From Nostoc sp. DedSLP01 (GTDB lineage Bacteria > Cyanobacteriota > Cyanobacteriia > Cyanobacteriales > Nostocaceae), in the NCBI GenBank assembly GCA_034530875.2, contig JAVRCJ020000003.1, forward strand, positions 64,001-128,000: a stretch of DNA of 64,000 nucleotides. The letters are read 5' to 3'. The stretch's first letter is position 1. Each line of letters begins with the position of its first letter. Positions 1 through 10,923 of this stretch are shown one piece after another. A program made the translations under genes and the position numbers. The notes under the pieces were generated by a model. The model was not told the DNA's origin. It did no database searches and saw only the letters and a list, made by a program, of their open reading frames with translations.

Positions 1-64
1 TTAAATTTTGCTGCAAGTAGTATTGGATACTGTTGCACCTTTACTTTTAGTAGCCTGCACTAGG

Positions 65-166
65 CTATGGCAATCCTATTTGATTGAACAACTTCTCATC
101 CCCGGAGGGAACTCTTAACAGGAATAGGGAATAGATTTATTCGTATCTCATTTAGGATTGCTATAG
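65..166. repeat. MITE-like element with imperfect 19-bp terminal inverted repeats
   Basis: Left end CTATGGCAATCCTATTTGA (65-83) matches the reverse complement of the right end TCATTTAGGATTGCTATAG (148-166) at 16/19. No ORF inside. Confidence 0.55.
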
Positions 167-281
167 CAAGGTAACTGGCAAACAAAGAGTTGATTTATTG
201 CTGTAAGTCAAAAAAATACTATAAGAATGAATCTAATTCTACTAGTTTGAGTACAATCTTTATCTATAGACTGTATTTCTT

Positions 282-479
282 TTAATTACCTTCTTGATGT
301 TCATCTGGCTCTTGATTTTCTTCCTTAGGTAACTCATCATCTATATCATAATTATCTCTTTGTTGTATGTAACCCTCACAAAATCTGTGCCATACTTCAC
401 CGTATTGGCTTTCTAAAAAAAGGTCGATTATTCGTACAAGCTCGGAATAGTCATATTTATTGTGGCGCATATTGTTCAT
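282..479 (-). CDS. Small hypothetical protein with acidic C-terminus (possibly a gene remnant)
   Basis: 65-aa ORF with no recognisable motif, in an AT-rich degenerate region. Confidence 0.3.
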   Translation of the reverse strand: MNNMRHNKYDYSELVRIIDLFLESQYGEVWHRFCEGYIQQRDNYDIDDELPKEENQEPDEHQEGN

Positions 480-1601
480 TAGGGAATTTAAGATTTTTAT
501 AGCGAAATTAAATCGACATATTTGATAGTAGCTTAGTTAAAACAAATTTTCTATTAAGCACAAAAGACCTCAACTTTGTCTAGAAAATAAAAGGTCTAAA
601 ATCAGAGGATCGCTTAAAAAATTATTCAAAATACTTTAATTTTTTTTCAATAACATAAATATTTACTTATGTATATAGTCAACTCTAGTAAAAGGATAGC
701 AAAAATACTTGCTGTCTAAACAATACTTTAGAGAGTATTTATTCAGCCTCGTTATTGAACCCTGTTTTAGCTATATCCTGAGGTTAGACCAAAAATGTGA
801 GGATTTTGTGAGGAGCTAACTTAGGTATGACTTAATCCTGTTTTATCACTCTGAGAAAACAAAAATAAGAGCAAAATTTCCAACTGTAGATATGACGGGT
901 ATTTGAGCGTTTATTTTCTAACACAATCCCTGAAATTAAGGTTTTGGTAAAACTCTCATCCCGTAGGAATTCCAGATTATTCTCTCCCGAAAGTCATAAA
1001 AGAGGGTTAATCTTGAAGAATTGCTGTTAGACTCTCCACAAGCTGCTTAAATTTTTCTTCTATCATTCCAAGTACAAGACGTAGAAGATGCCGAAATTCT
1101 ACCTTGTTCATTCTCTCTTTCCTGTGCCGGATTAAATCGCTTTTTTGGGTTTTGATAGTTAAGTCAAGAATTTTGACTTTTCTAATTAGTGGGTTTTTTT
1201 GATTTTAAGCTTTTAAATATTCCTAAATTAGCTGATGAATAATCCAAATTATATCATGCTAATCCTAGCAATACCCCTGTAAAAAATTCTTTTATAAAAA
1301 TTTAATTCATCTCCAGGCAATAAAATAAAGCGATCGCTTTTATCAAAATCCTGTTTAAATTCCGAAAATACTTGTGTGGTGAGCGGGTGAGCGTTCGCGT
1401 TGGCCAAGCCTCTCGTAGAGAAGGGCAGGGCAAGCGCGATAGGGAAGGAACTCTTAACAGCAAAGCAGGTAAGTATAAATGTAGTAATTCTTTTCAAAAA
1501 TAAAATATTCATCCTATATTTTCTCTAATTACTCTACAATTTTGAGCCATTACTAGCAATGAGTAATAACTAAATTAACTGATGGCTATCCCTTACACCC
1601 C

Positions 1602-2300
1602 TTAAAAGGATGTGATTCCGGTAGATTTTTTTTGATATTCAATCCGTACTTGTTTAACCTTAATTTGTTCGGATATTAAAAACTCAAGTTTTTCTACTTG
1701 CTGCAATCCCAAGCTTTCAAAGCGCGCTAATTCCAAATTAGATAACGGCCAAGGTGGACCGCTTGGTTCAAGTTCTGTATCCCGAATACGAGTGATTAAT
1801 AAAAGCGTACCACCAGGAGCAACAACAGAGGTAACTGAAGAAATAACTGAATAACGCACATTCAAAGGTAGAGCTTGAATGTTGCGGCATTCAAAAACAA
1901 AGTCAAAGGCTTGATGCCATTGTGAGGGAAGTGCAAATAAATCTGCAACTAGATAGCTGACATTTGAATCAGGAAATCGCTGCTGACACCAAGCGATCGC
2001 TGTTGGTGAAATATCAAAAGCGGTTACCTCAAATCCAAGTATCGCTAAAGCTTCTGCATCATCTCCCAAACCACAACCAATTACTAGTGCCTTTTGCCCA
2101 GAAGCGAATGGTTGATTATCGTTCAACCAATCTTGTAGATAAGGATGAGGAGCTAACTTAGCCCAAGGAATTTGTGCGGCGTCACCTTGAGCTTCGGCAT
2201 ATAAAACTTCAAACCATGCTGATGGTTGTGATTTCTCTAAAGCTTCTGTAGCTAAGTTTTGAACGCGAAGCTGTAAATTTTCTGGTTGTTGTTCAAACAT
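1602..2300 (-). CDS. Class I SAM-dependent methyltransferase (TPMT-like)
   Basis: Motif I ALVIGCGLGDDA, then VTAFDISPTAI, ADLF, FDFVFE and GPPWPL. Confidence 0.85.
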   Translation of the reverse strand: MFEQQPENLQLRVQNLATEALEKSQPSAWFEVLYAEAQGDAAQIPWAKLAPHPYLQDWLNDNQPFASGQKALVIGCGLGDDAEALAILGFEVTAFDISPTAIAWCQQRFPDSNVSYLVADLFALPSQWHQAFDFVFECRNIQALPLNVRYSVISSVTSVVAPGGTLLLITRIRDTELEPSGPPWPLSNLELARFESLGLQQVEKLEFLISEQIKVKQVRIEYQKKSTGITSF

Positions 2301-2552
2301 AAAGACTGATGATACTCTCTGGGGGTCGCGAGTCAGAACTAATTACAAAAAACATTTTTAGCTTTGTTGACAATTATCGCTTCCGGTAGAAAAATCCACA
2401 AAACATTAGCGATCGCCGTTGCATTTTTAAATAGCCTTGACTGATACCAATTCTCCATGAATATGCACTAAATTACTAGAAACAGAATAACCGCGCTAAT
2501 ACCTACGCTCAAGCTGATATAGAGTTTATACAAAAGTTGAAAGTTAATCTTC

Positions 2553-3665
2553 TCAACCAACAATATTAGCTACTTCCTGGCAAATAGTCGTAGGCTCAAA
2601 AGGTTTCGCAACTACTCCGGTAATTCCCATCTGGGCAAAGTGAGCGCGATCGCTTGGTAAAACTTTAGCTGTGAGTAGAATTACAGGTATAGATTGAGTT
2701 GCGGAATTTGCCTGAAGTTGCTCGTACACTGCAAACCCGTCCATGTTAGGCATAGACACATCAAGCAGAATCGCATCAATGGCTTGTGCCTCAGCGATAG
2801 TTAAACATTCCATCCCTGATGCAGCCGTCAGCGTATCCCATCCGCCCAAATCTTCTAAACAAGCCGATCGCCCAATCAGCGATGCAACTGAATCGAGATG
2901 ATGGTCGTCTACCCATCTTTGGCTGACAATTAAATAGCGCATATCGCGATCGAACATCGCAATCCCAGCAGGTGCATACTGGACAAATAGGCGTAAGGTT
3001 GTTTCCCTCTCGTGCAAAGCACTTTTAAAGGATTCTAGGTTCTCTTCATCAATACATAAATCGTTAATTTGGAGTGGTAAGATAGCCATCCACTCGGGTA
3101 CAACCGATTCCACAACAACTCTTCCGCCCCGGTCTGAAGAAAATTGGAAAATAGTCACGCGATCGCACGTTAAAAACTGCCGTACTTCATCGACCGTAGT
3201 TTGTAAAATATTTTGTAAATTCAGCGATGGTCGAATCCCCTGTGCGATTCTCATCACTAAGCCTTGTTGCTCGAATTGCTGTTGCAATTGTTCGGCATTT
3301 TCCAGAGCTAATTTTTGAGCTAGTTGTTTAACCTTGTGTTTACTTTTAACTACATTGCTAGTCAGCAGATTAATTATTAATGCTACCGATAGGAAAAAGC
3401 CTAGCTGCAATATATCTTCTGGTTGAGAGGTAAAAATTTGATATTCGGGGGAAATCAAAAAATAATCAATTGCCAGCGTTGAAAGGATGACTGTAACTAT
3501 CCCTGGATGAAAACCACCATAGAGAGTACTGACAATAATAGCTATATAAAAAAAAGCATCTATAGTTCGAGATATCAGTGATTCTAACCAAAGTGTGAAT
3601 AACAAAGCGATCGCACTTGAGCCAATAGCAACGCTATAGGGCAATAATCGCAGATAAAATCTCAT
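2553..3665 (-). pseudogene. Internally deleted sensor/regulator chimera: DUF4118 TM - truncated GAF - truncated PAS - N-truncated receiver domain
   Basis: Four TM helices; GAF start ILQTTVDEVRQFLTCDRVTIFQF; PAS start APAGIAMFDRDMRY ending at LIGRS; REC part DAILLDVSMPNMDG...IPVILLTAK...KPF lacking strand beta1. No kinase core. Confidence 0.6.
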
Positions 3666-3739
3666 AATTTTTGATTTTTACTAGCCCTAGCTTGATATTA
3701 CACTGATTTTGGGGCTTTGACGCGCTCGGGCACTTTGAA

Positions 3740-3840
3740 TGGAATGCGGATCGGTGAGACAACTGTAATCCATTAACTATCGGCATCTCTAGTTCTAGCA
3801 ACAGTAGATTTGACGATGTTACGATTAATACTTGTCAAAA
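3740..3840 (-). pseudogene. Receiver-domain fragment
   Basis: Minus strand reads F*QVLIVTSSNLLLLELEMPIVNGLQL, resembling the REC segment FWQVL...PDLLLLDLEMP..NG..L with an internal TGA. Confidence 0.5.
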
Positions 3841-3964
3841 TTAGCGATCGCTCATTCCCAACCAAAATTGTAGAAAAAGCGATCGCTCTCATTACTATAT
3901 AGATATAGGATAGATATAGGACTTAATTCTTCAGTTCAGCTAACTATTCTCATTTAACAAAATA

Positions 3965-4456
3965 TTAAATTTGATAACAAGCCGTCAAAGCCACTGCTAA
4001 AGCATCAGCAGCATCATCTGGCTTGGGAATCTCATCTAAATCCAACTCCCGCGCCACCGCTTCTTGCACTTCAGACTTATCGGCATTGCCATATCCTGTT
4101 AAAGCTTGTTTAATTTGAGCAGGAGTAAACTCCATATAAGGAAGCCGACGTTGCCCCAAGACTAACATAATTACACCCCGCGCCTGTGCAACCAAGATAG
4201 TGCTTGACATACGATAGAAGAATAATTTCTCGATCGCCACTAAATCTGGTTGAAATTCCTCAATTACAGTGTGTAAATCATCAAACAAGGTACACAGCCG
4301 CTGTCCCATTTCTACATCTGCTGAAGTTTTGATTACTCCAAAATCCAGCATATTTACTGTGGTCTGTTGCAGCTTGTTAGGAATTTGCGTGCAACTAATT
4401 GCCCCAAATCCTAAAATTGCCAGTCCTGGATCTAATCCTAAAATTCGTTTTTCCAT
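3965..4456 (-). CDS. ruvC: Holliday junction resolvase RuvC
   Basis: [28 protein letters not shown] and [12 protein letters not shown] motifs. Start trimmed to the ATG at 4456 (MEKRILG). Confidence 0.95.
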   Translation of the reverse strand: MEKRILGLDPGLAILGFGAISCTQIPNKLQQTTVNMLDFGVIKTSADVEMGQRLCTLFDDLHTVIEEFQPDLVAIEKLFFYRMSSTILVAQARGVIMLVLGQRRLPYMEFTPAQIKQALTGYGNADKSEVQEAVARELDLDEIPKPDDAADALAVALTACYQI

Positions 4457-4956
4457 TCTTACCAAAAAGGGGGTGTCGGGTGTAGGGTGTAGGGGAAAAA
4501 CTAAAATTCCCGCACCAAGGGAGGGCACAAGCCCTAGAACGCTCGTCATGAAAAGAGTGTAGGGATTATCTACCAAAACTAGTACAGCAAGCGTGGAAAT
4601 AAACATACCATTTGAAATGCCTAAAACCCTTACACAACATTAATTACGTTAGCGTAGCGGGGCGTAGCCCATTACGAATTACACGAAGCAGTACTAGGGT
4701 GTAGCTGAGTGGGTATAGTGTAATTTAACAACGATTAACAATCGCGTTGATTCCCCAACCTTTAAACGCCGAACAGATTGAATTTTTGATGCCATAAGTT
4801 CGATCGAGTTATTCCTCCACCCCACACCCTTTTAATAACTTGCTTTTAGCCCTATAGGATTGAAAAATATAATAGTTTGACACTTCGTGTTTAAAACCAA
4901 GTGGTGTTGATTTTCTGTTAATTATTAGTTTGTAGCACTGCTGTGAATCATCAGGT

Positions 4957-6327
4957 ATGTCAATTGGTTTTCTCAGACAAGCCCTCAACGCCCTGCGAAA
5001 GCAGTCGCCCTCTCGTACTTCCTATCGGGTTAATCAGTGGTTTAAATGGTTATCCCCCGGATTATCGATTAAACGTTGGTTCCTAATCAGTATTGGAGGT
5101 GTAGTGCTAGCGATTTTGGGGTTAGCTATTTGGGTTAAGCTGACCCCAATTTTTTTAACGATTGAGTTGATTAGGAGCTTCCTGGGAGTAATCACCGAGA
5201 TCTTACCCAACTATATTAGCGGGCCTTTGGTGCTGCTCGGTGGCTTGCTGTTGCTGCTTTGGGGGCAAACTCGCACCGTCGGCTCAATTACTAAGGTATT
5301 AAGAACCGATCATGAAGAGGAACTGATTGATGTTTTGCTGGCGCACCGTAGATTATACCGAGGGCCAAAAATAGTAGTCATTGGTGGTGGTACGGGGCTT
5401 TCTACGTTATTGAGGGGATTAAAAACTTACAGTGCTAATATTACTGCGATCGTCACTGTAGCAGATGATGGTGGATCTTCTGGGCGATTGCGCCAGGAAT
5501 TTGGCGTGCTACCACCAGGAGATATTCGCAATTGTTTAGCAGCCTTAGCAGATGAAGAAAAGTTATTAACGGAATTATTTCAATATCGCTTTCGTGCTGG
5601 AGATGGGTTGACTGGTCATAGTTTTGGCAACTTGTTTTTAACAGCAATGAGTGAAATTACTGGAGATTTAGAACGCGCAGTTGCAGCTAGTTCTAAAGTG
5701 TTAGCTGTGCGGGGACAAGTACTACCAGCAACTTTGAGTGATGTTCGCCTTTGGGCAGAATTAGCCGACGGCCGCCGCATTGAAGGAGAGTCAAATATTC
5801 CCAAAGCTGGCGGCAAAATTGTCAAAATTGGCTGTATTCCGGCTAATCCCCCAGCCATACCAGCAGTTATTAAAGCCCTTAAAGAAGCAGACTACATTAT
5901 TATTGGCCCGGGTAGCCTGTATACTAGCCTGATTCCGAATTTATTGGTACCAGAAATTGCCGATGCGATCGCCAAAGCCAAGGTTCCCCGTATCTATATC
6001 TGCAATATAATGACTCAACCAGGAGAAACTGAAGGATATACTGTTGCGGATCACATCCGAGCAATTGACGCTGCTTGTCAGCAAAGACAGCTATTTGATG
6101 CCGTACTCGTACAAAAAAGATCCCCCTCCGAACAATCACTCATCCGCTACGCGCAACAAAATTCCCATCCCGTTTTCCTAGATAGAGAAGCTGTAATTGA
6201 GCTAGGACGGCGAATTGTGCCAGCTAATGTTTTATACGAAGATGACATAGGTATAATCCGCCACAATCCCCAAAAATTAGCCCGAGTTTTATTGCGCTGG
6301 TACGGTAGAGCGAATCAAGGAAAATAG
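4957..6327 (+). CDS. yvcK: YvcK/GlmR family UDP-GlcNAc-binding protein with N-terminal TM extension
   Basis: [38 protein letters not shown] and GPGSLYTS motifs. Confidence 0.9.
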   Translation: MSIGFLRQALNALRKQSPSRTSYRVNQWFKWLSPGLSIKRWFLISIGGVVLAILGLAIWVKLTPIFLTIELIRSFLGVITEILPNYISGPLVLLGGLLLLLWGQTRTVGSITKVLRTDHEEELIDVLLAHRRLYRGPKIVVIGGGTGLSTLLRGLKTYSANITAIVTVADDGGSSGRLRQEFGVLPPGDIRNCLAALADEEKLLTELFQYRFRAGDGLTGHSFGNLFLTAMSEITGDLERAVAASSKVLAVRGQVLPATLSDVRLWAELADGRRIEGESNIPKAGGKIVKIGCIPANPPAIPAVIKALKEADYIIIGPGSLYTSLIPNLLVPEIADAIAKAKVPRIYICNIMTQPGETEGYTVADHIRAIDAACQQRQLFDAVLVQKRSPSEQSLIRYAQQNSHPVFLDREAVIELGRRIVPANVLYEDDIGIIRHNPQKLARVLLRWYGRANQGK

Positions 6328-6423
6328 TCATTGGTCATTGGTCATTGGTCATTGGTCATTGGTCATTGGTCATTAGTCATTGGTCATTAGTCATTGGTCA
6401 TTGGTCATTGGTCATTAGTCATT
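6325..6423. repeat. STRR2-type heptamer tandem repeat (TT[G/A]GTCA), about 14 units
   Basis: Read directly between yvcK and tsaE. Confidence 0.95.
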
Positions 6424-6454
6424 AATTTTTCTCCCCTGCCCCCTCTGCCCAATT

Positions 6455-6910
6455 ATGAAAATTCTTCTTCCAGACCCACAAGCAACGCTACGTTTAGGTA
6501 TTACTCTCGGTGAATCCCTAAGCGCTGGTAGTGTAATTTTACTAGAAGGTGATTTAGGTGCTGGTAAAACTACTTTAGTCCAAGGTATTGGCAAAGGTTT
6601 GGGAATTAGCGAACCGATTGTCAGTCCGACTTTTACCTTGATTAATGAGTATACTGAAGGACGCCTGCCCCTTTACCATTTGGATTTATATCGCCTAGAA
6701 CCCCAAGAAGTTCTCAGCCTGAATTTAGAAAGTTACTGGGAAGGCGTTGAGGTTACACCAGGAATTGTGGCTATTGAATGGGCAGAACGAATGCCTTACA
6801 AGCCAGATAACTATTTGAATATAAGTTTGATACATACAGACCAAGGCGAGCGCCAAGTCGAAATCATAGCATTCAATTGTGCAATTGATAAAATCATTGC
6901 CGCTATTTAA
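6455..6910 (+). CDS. tsaE: tRNA t6A ATPase TsaE (HetY-like)
   Basis: GDLGAGKTT, VSPTFTL, HLDLYRL and IEWAE motifs. Confidence 0.95.
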   Translation: MKILLPDPQATLRLGITLGESLSAGSVILLEGDLGAGKTTLVQGIGKGLGISEPIVSPTFTLINEYTEGRLPLYHLDLYRLEPQEVLSLNLESYWEGVEVTPGIVAIEWAERMPYKPDNYLNISLIHTDQGERQVEIIAFNCAIDKIIAAI

Positions 6911-6964
6911 GTAACTAGAATTGAGAATTCTAACTCCTGAGTTAGGAAAAACTCTACATTTGTT

Positions 6965-7006
6965 CTATCTGCCGCTACCACGTTCGCCACTGTCAATTAC
7001 TAACAT
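6965..7006 (-). CDS. patS: Heterocyst pattern inhibitor peptide PatS (MLVIDSGERGSGR)
   Basis: ATG TTA GTA ATT GAC AGT GGC GAA CGT GGT AGC GGC AGA TAG on the minus strand. C-terminal ERGSGR; lies between tsaE/hetY and patatin as in Anabaena PCC 7120. Not in the ORF track. Confidence 0.95.
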   Translation of the reverse strand: MLVIDSGERGSGR

Positions 7007-7569
7007 TGTTATCTCAACTAAAAATAAACGATAAAATTTTTCAACAGCAGATATACGGTTCAGTTAGAGAGCAAAACACAACAGACAAGCACGTTGAATG
7101 ATAATACAATTCGGTTAGCTTTTTTAATCCGAAGGCATTGAACCTACAGCGCTTTTTACCAAACAATATTGATAAATTCAGAATTAATATTTACTAGCTT
7201 TATTGCTGAAAAGTCAGTTAAAAACCTAATTTGATAGTTTATAAATCAAGCGAATGCAAACTGTTGTTGGGTAAAATGGTAATTTTGATAAAACTTAGTA
7301 AATTTTACTTAACGAGATTATTTCTCCACTATCATCTTGAGAAATAACCTAAATATTTAGCAGCTAAAGCTAGTACAGAAAAGTTAAACAACAATCTATT
7401 TTTTATAAGTCGTCTCACTTCTCCTGAGACTTAGTATTCCCAAATTAAATAAAAAATATATACACAAAAATAAAAACTACTTTATATTTTTTAATTAGTT
7501 TTAACTAACAATAAAATATTATATTTACATCTGTAAATAGCGCTATATCCGAATATAAATAAGTCATTA

Positions 7570-7609
7570 TTATCGTATTTCTACATAAAAGAGCGTAGAA
7601 ATACGATAA
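7570..7609. terminator. Perfect 15-bp hairpin downstream of the patatin gene
   Basis: TTATCGTATTTCTAC-N10-GTAGAAATACGATAA. Confidence 0.55.
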
Positions 7610-7654
7610 ATATTAGAAGAACTTGGTTGACATTGATATACCTACGTAGATGCA

Positions 7655-8833
7655 CTAGTTATCTCTAATAAAAGAGGCGATCGCCTTTCTCACCTGCGGC
7701 CCGTTTCCATCTCTGGTATAGTAACTATAGCCTTTGTCAATAAAAGCAGATGTCGTATCTATTAATTGCTCGATAATCTCTTTTTGAGCATTATCCATTT
7801 CTTCATTAACATTTTGATTCGTAAACTGATTTTTTCGCTCCTTTTGCTGCAATAAAATCCGGCTGTCTTTATCAGTTTCATTTGGCTTGGCTTTAAATCT
7901 TTCGTTTAAGTCAAATTGCAAGCGTAAGTAACGTTTGGAATTATATCCACCCATAATTTGCCGACAAATTGTACTATCAATTTCAGATGTAGGCTCCATA
8001 AAAATATCAATTAGATGTTGCGCCCAATCTAAGCCTTTCCAGGTTTTTACTTGTTGGTATTGATATGGTTCGCCAGTTTGACCAGTACCAATAGAAAGTA
8101 TGGATACATCTTCTAAACGCAAATTATCCAGTTTATATTGTTGCTTAATTGTTTGAGGAACTAAAGTAGATTGACTTACTCTCAAAACTAGACTCAGCGC
8201 GGCTAAAGAAGGGTTATTAGCGCTCACACCTCCATCAATATGTGGGAATACCCAATCACCAAATTTATTTTTGTCAACACACTCTAATTTATAGGGCGGA
8301 AAGAAAGTAGGAGCTGAGGCAGAAGCGGTGCATATCTCCCATAAATAACAGTCATCATACCATCTGTCTCCTAAATCGGGATGGCAATTTGTAAAAAAAG
8401 TGGTATTACGATAAAGTGTATCGTAAGCCAGAATTAAAATAATGGGGTCTTGAATATCTTTAATTCTTTGATTTTTATATGCATCTTGAAGGACATTAAT
8501 AATACCATCATGAGAATATTTAGGTGGCGAGAATATATCTAAAATAGCTTTAATAATAGACGGCATTTTTTTGTAGCGGTCTTTTACATTTTGCGGGAAT
8601 ATATCTTTACCTCTCTCTCGATAAAGCTTCATTAGTTCATAGCTATCTTTACCTACAGCAATCCCTGCTGTTAATATTGAGCCAGTAGAAGTGCCTGCAA
8701 TCATATCAAAGTATTCGTGTAAAAAGTCTGCTTTCCCCTGACTTCTAATTTCTTGCTCTACTTCTTGAAGTATCCGTGCTGTAATAACTCCGCGAATACC
8801 ACCGCCATCTAAACTAAGAATTTTGAACGACAT
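7655..8833 (-). CDS. Patatin-like phospholipase
   Basis: DGGGIRG, GTSTG nucleophile elbow, SASAPTFF and DGGVSANNP motifs. Confidence 0.92.
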   Translation of the reverse strand: MSFKILSLDGGGIRGVITARILQEVEQEIRSQGKADFLHEYFDMIAGTSTGSILTAGIAVGKDSYELMKLYRERGKDIFPQNVKDRYKKMPSIIKAILDIFSPPKYSHDGIINVLQDAYKNQRIKDIQDPIILILAYDTLYRNTTFFTNCHPDLGDRWYDDCYLWEICTASASAPTFFPPYKLECVDKNKFGDWVFPHIDGGVSANNPSLAALSLVLRVSQSTLVPQTIKQQYKLDNLRLEDVSILSIGTGQTGEPYQYQQVKTWKGLDWAQHLIDIFMEPTSEIDSTICRQIMGGYNSKRYLRLQFDLNERFKAKPNETDKDSRILLQQKERKNQFTNQNVNEEMDNAQKEIIEQLIDTTSAFIDKGYSYYTRDGNGPQVRKAIASFIRDN

Positions 8834-8958
8834 AAATAGTAATTCTCCTTGATTTTCTAATTCTGAATTCAGAATTTGTAATTAAGTCGCTGTTAGAAAT
8901 TTGTGATTTTAACCCACAACTACTTAAAGTCAAAAGGGTAAAGAAACGGATATTCACT

Positions 8959-9879
8959 AGACCTCTTGCAAAAGTCACTTAGGTAAATTCGGTTTGGGAG
9001 AGATGAAGCTCGTAATTGTAGAGAGCAGCAATCAAATTAAACCTCAAACTAAATCTTTTTCGACGATTTCTATAAGTGAGGGACAAAATTTTAAATCCCT
9101 TCAGCTTCCGATTTACATGCTCACCTAAAACTCTGATTTGGGCTAATTTTTGATTACTCTTTTTATCCTCACAACTTAACTTACTTCCTCTAGGCTTTTT
9201 TTTAGGAATTTGACTATTGCTATGTAGCTTTTGAATACCTTGATAACCTTTATCTCCCAAGCATTTTATGTCTCCTCGCAACCTAACTTTACTATTTTTA
9301 AATATCCGAAAATCATGCTCTCTACCCTTACCATGAGCGGTACAGATGATTTGACCATTCGCTTGGTCTACTACTACCTGTGACTTCAATGTATGCTGTT
9401 TCTTTTTCCCACTATAGAACTTTTTTTGTTTTTTTTAGGACGTTCAATTGGACTTTCTGTTACATCAACTACTACCACTTCTAATTGATAATTAGAAGTA
9501 GTCAGCTTTTTCTTCCCTGGCAGTGTGAACGCCCTCGATTTAGTCAGCATATCTTCTATTTTTCTGATAATTCTGTATGCCGTAGACTCATTTACTCTCC
9601 AAGATTGACCTATATGGAAGTATGTCCGGTATTCTCTCCAATATTCTAATGTCATTAACAATTGGTCTTCCAAGCTTAATTTACCTGGTCTTCCTGTTTT
9701 TTGTTTTAGCTGACTTTGCGATCGCACTATCTCTAACATCTCGTTAAAAGTCTCTGGACGTACACCACACAAGCGTTTAAAGTCTTCTGACTTCAGGCTC
9801 TTTACCTGTTCGTAGGTCATTTATGCTACCCAACTCTCACTTACTTGTCCCATGCATCTAGGACTTTTGCAAGAGGTCT
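8959..9879 (-). mobile_element. IS5-family insertion sequence (ISL2/IS702-like), about 920 bp
   Basis: Perfect 18-bp TIRs AGACCTCTTGCAAAAGTC (8959-8976) and GACTTTTGCAAGAGGTCT (9862-9879). CT on both flanks (possible 2-bp target duplication). Contains two transposase ORFs. Confidence 0.9.
8979..9820 (-). CDS. IS5-family transposase split into OrfA (HTH) and OrfB (DDE), joined by a -1 frameshift
   Basis: Slippery A8-C-A7 run at about 9421-9436; the -1 frame gives PKKKQKKFYSGKKKQHTLKSQVVVD. VDVTE, HDF, GDKGYQG and R..EH catalytic segments. Confidence 0.85.
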
Positions 9880-9974
9880 CTTCATCAGCTGTCATCAAAT
9901 TGAGAAAATTGTTAGCTGAAAAACAAGCTCTGCCAAAAGCACAGGATAATGACTCTGAAATATTTGCTGGATGA
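9880..9974 (+). pseudogene. 3' remnant of a probable DUF433-type antitoxin gene, cut by the IS
   Basis: The frame abutting the IS end reads SSAVIKLRKLLAEKQALPKAQDNDSEIFAG* and overlaps the DUF5615 start, the usual arrangement. Family assigned from recalled similarity only. Confidence 0.45.
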
Positions 9975-10310
9975 AAATGTTGCTCCTCTTTACCAGATTC
10001 AACTCAAACGGCAAAAACGCGATTTAATTGTTTGGGTAGTTGGCGATGCTGGTACTCCTCCTAAAAGCACATTAGATCCAGAAATATTATGCTGGTGTGA
10101 GGAATACGATTTTATTTTGGTAACAAATAACCGCAGATCTATGCCTGTACATTTAGCTGAACATATTGCCCAAGGGCGTAATGTACCAGGTATTTTTATT
10201 TTGAGTGAAAATTAACTATAGGTCAGACTATTAATCAATTAATTTTAATTGCTGAAGCCTCTTTTGATAACGAATATCAAAACCAAATTTTTAATTTACC
10301 ACTATTTTAA
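9949..10310 (+). pseudogene. DUF5615/VapC45-like PIN toxin, frameshifted
   Basis: LKYLLDEN, LDPEIL, ILVTNN and PGIFIL motifs. After ...SEN* at 10215, the -1 frame continues LTIGQTINQLILIAEASFDNEYQNQIFNLPLF* to 10310, consistent with a 1-bp deletion. Confidence 0.75.
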
Positions 10311-10452
10311 TATATGCTTTAGAACAACTAAAACGAAGTGATGAGTATTTTAATTCAATAAGCATTTGAAAAAAATAAACTCCCCGACTTCTTAAAAAAT
10401 CGGGGATTTATCTTACAGCCAAAAGTCAACAATTTAGAACTGCTATCTTGTC

Positions 10453-10923
10453 CTATGGCTTTTTCACAGCTTCAACTTTTGCTTCTACCTTCACCGTTTT
10501 CACACCTTGAACTTGCTTCGCTAAAGTTTCAGCTTTTTTGAGTTCATCAACAGAAGCAGCAGTACCTTGGAGGATAATTTCACCCTCTTTATTTTCAACT
10601 TGTAACTTATTTCCTGGTAAATCTTTATTCAACTTTTTGCTGACTTCAGTTTTTAAATCACTTTCAACTTTCGTTGCTGCACTTTTTGGAGAATCGATTT
10701 TAACTTTAGTCTGTGTAGTAGGTATTGGAACCAAAGTTGGTAGTGCTGGAATTTTAATAGTTTTATCAACATTTGGATTTGTTGCGGAGGCTGGTGTTGC
10801 TGGTGCTTGGGACGCTTCATTGGTAGTGTTAGGAGTTTGGGAACCAGTTTTAGCAGTCTCTTGGCAGCCAACAGTACCAATTACCAGAATGCCACTAACT
10901 AAAAATGGAATTAGCTTTTTCAT
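10453..10923 (-). CDS. BON-domain lipoprotein
   Basis: Lipobox TVGC, P/T-rich linker, C-terminal BON-like GEIILQGTA...AETLAKQVQGVKTV. Confidence 0.8.
   Translation of the reverse strand: MKKLIPFLVSGILVIGTVGCQETAKTGSQTPNTTNEASQAPATPASATNPNVDKTIKIPALPTLVPIPTTQTKVKIDSPKSAATKVESDLKTEVSKKLNKDLPGNKLQVENKEGEIILQGTAASVDELKKAETLAKQVQGVKTVKVEAKVEAVKKP

Noticed and set aside
1249..1512. 87-aa ORF as a real gene
   Set aside because: Its N-terminal half is built from dispersed repeats (1378-1460) and the frame continues through several stops; at best a remnant.
7655..8833. Patatin as a CBASS effector
   Set aside because: No CD-NTase nearby; this is the patatin normally found next to patS.
9386..9440. 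Transposase pseudogene
   Set aside because: The break sits on an A-rich slippery run typical of two-ORF IS5 elements and both TIRs are perfect, so programmed frameshifting or slippage is more likely.
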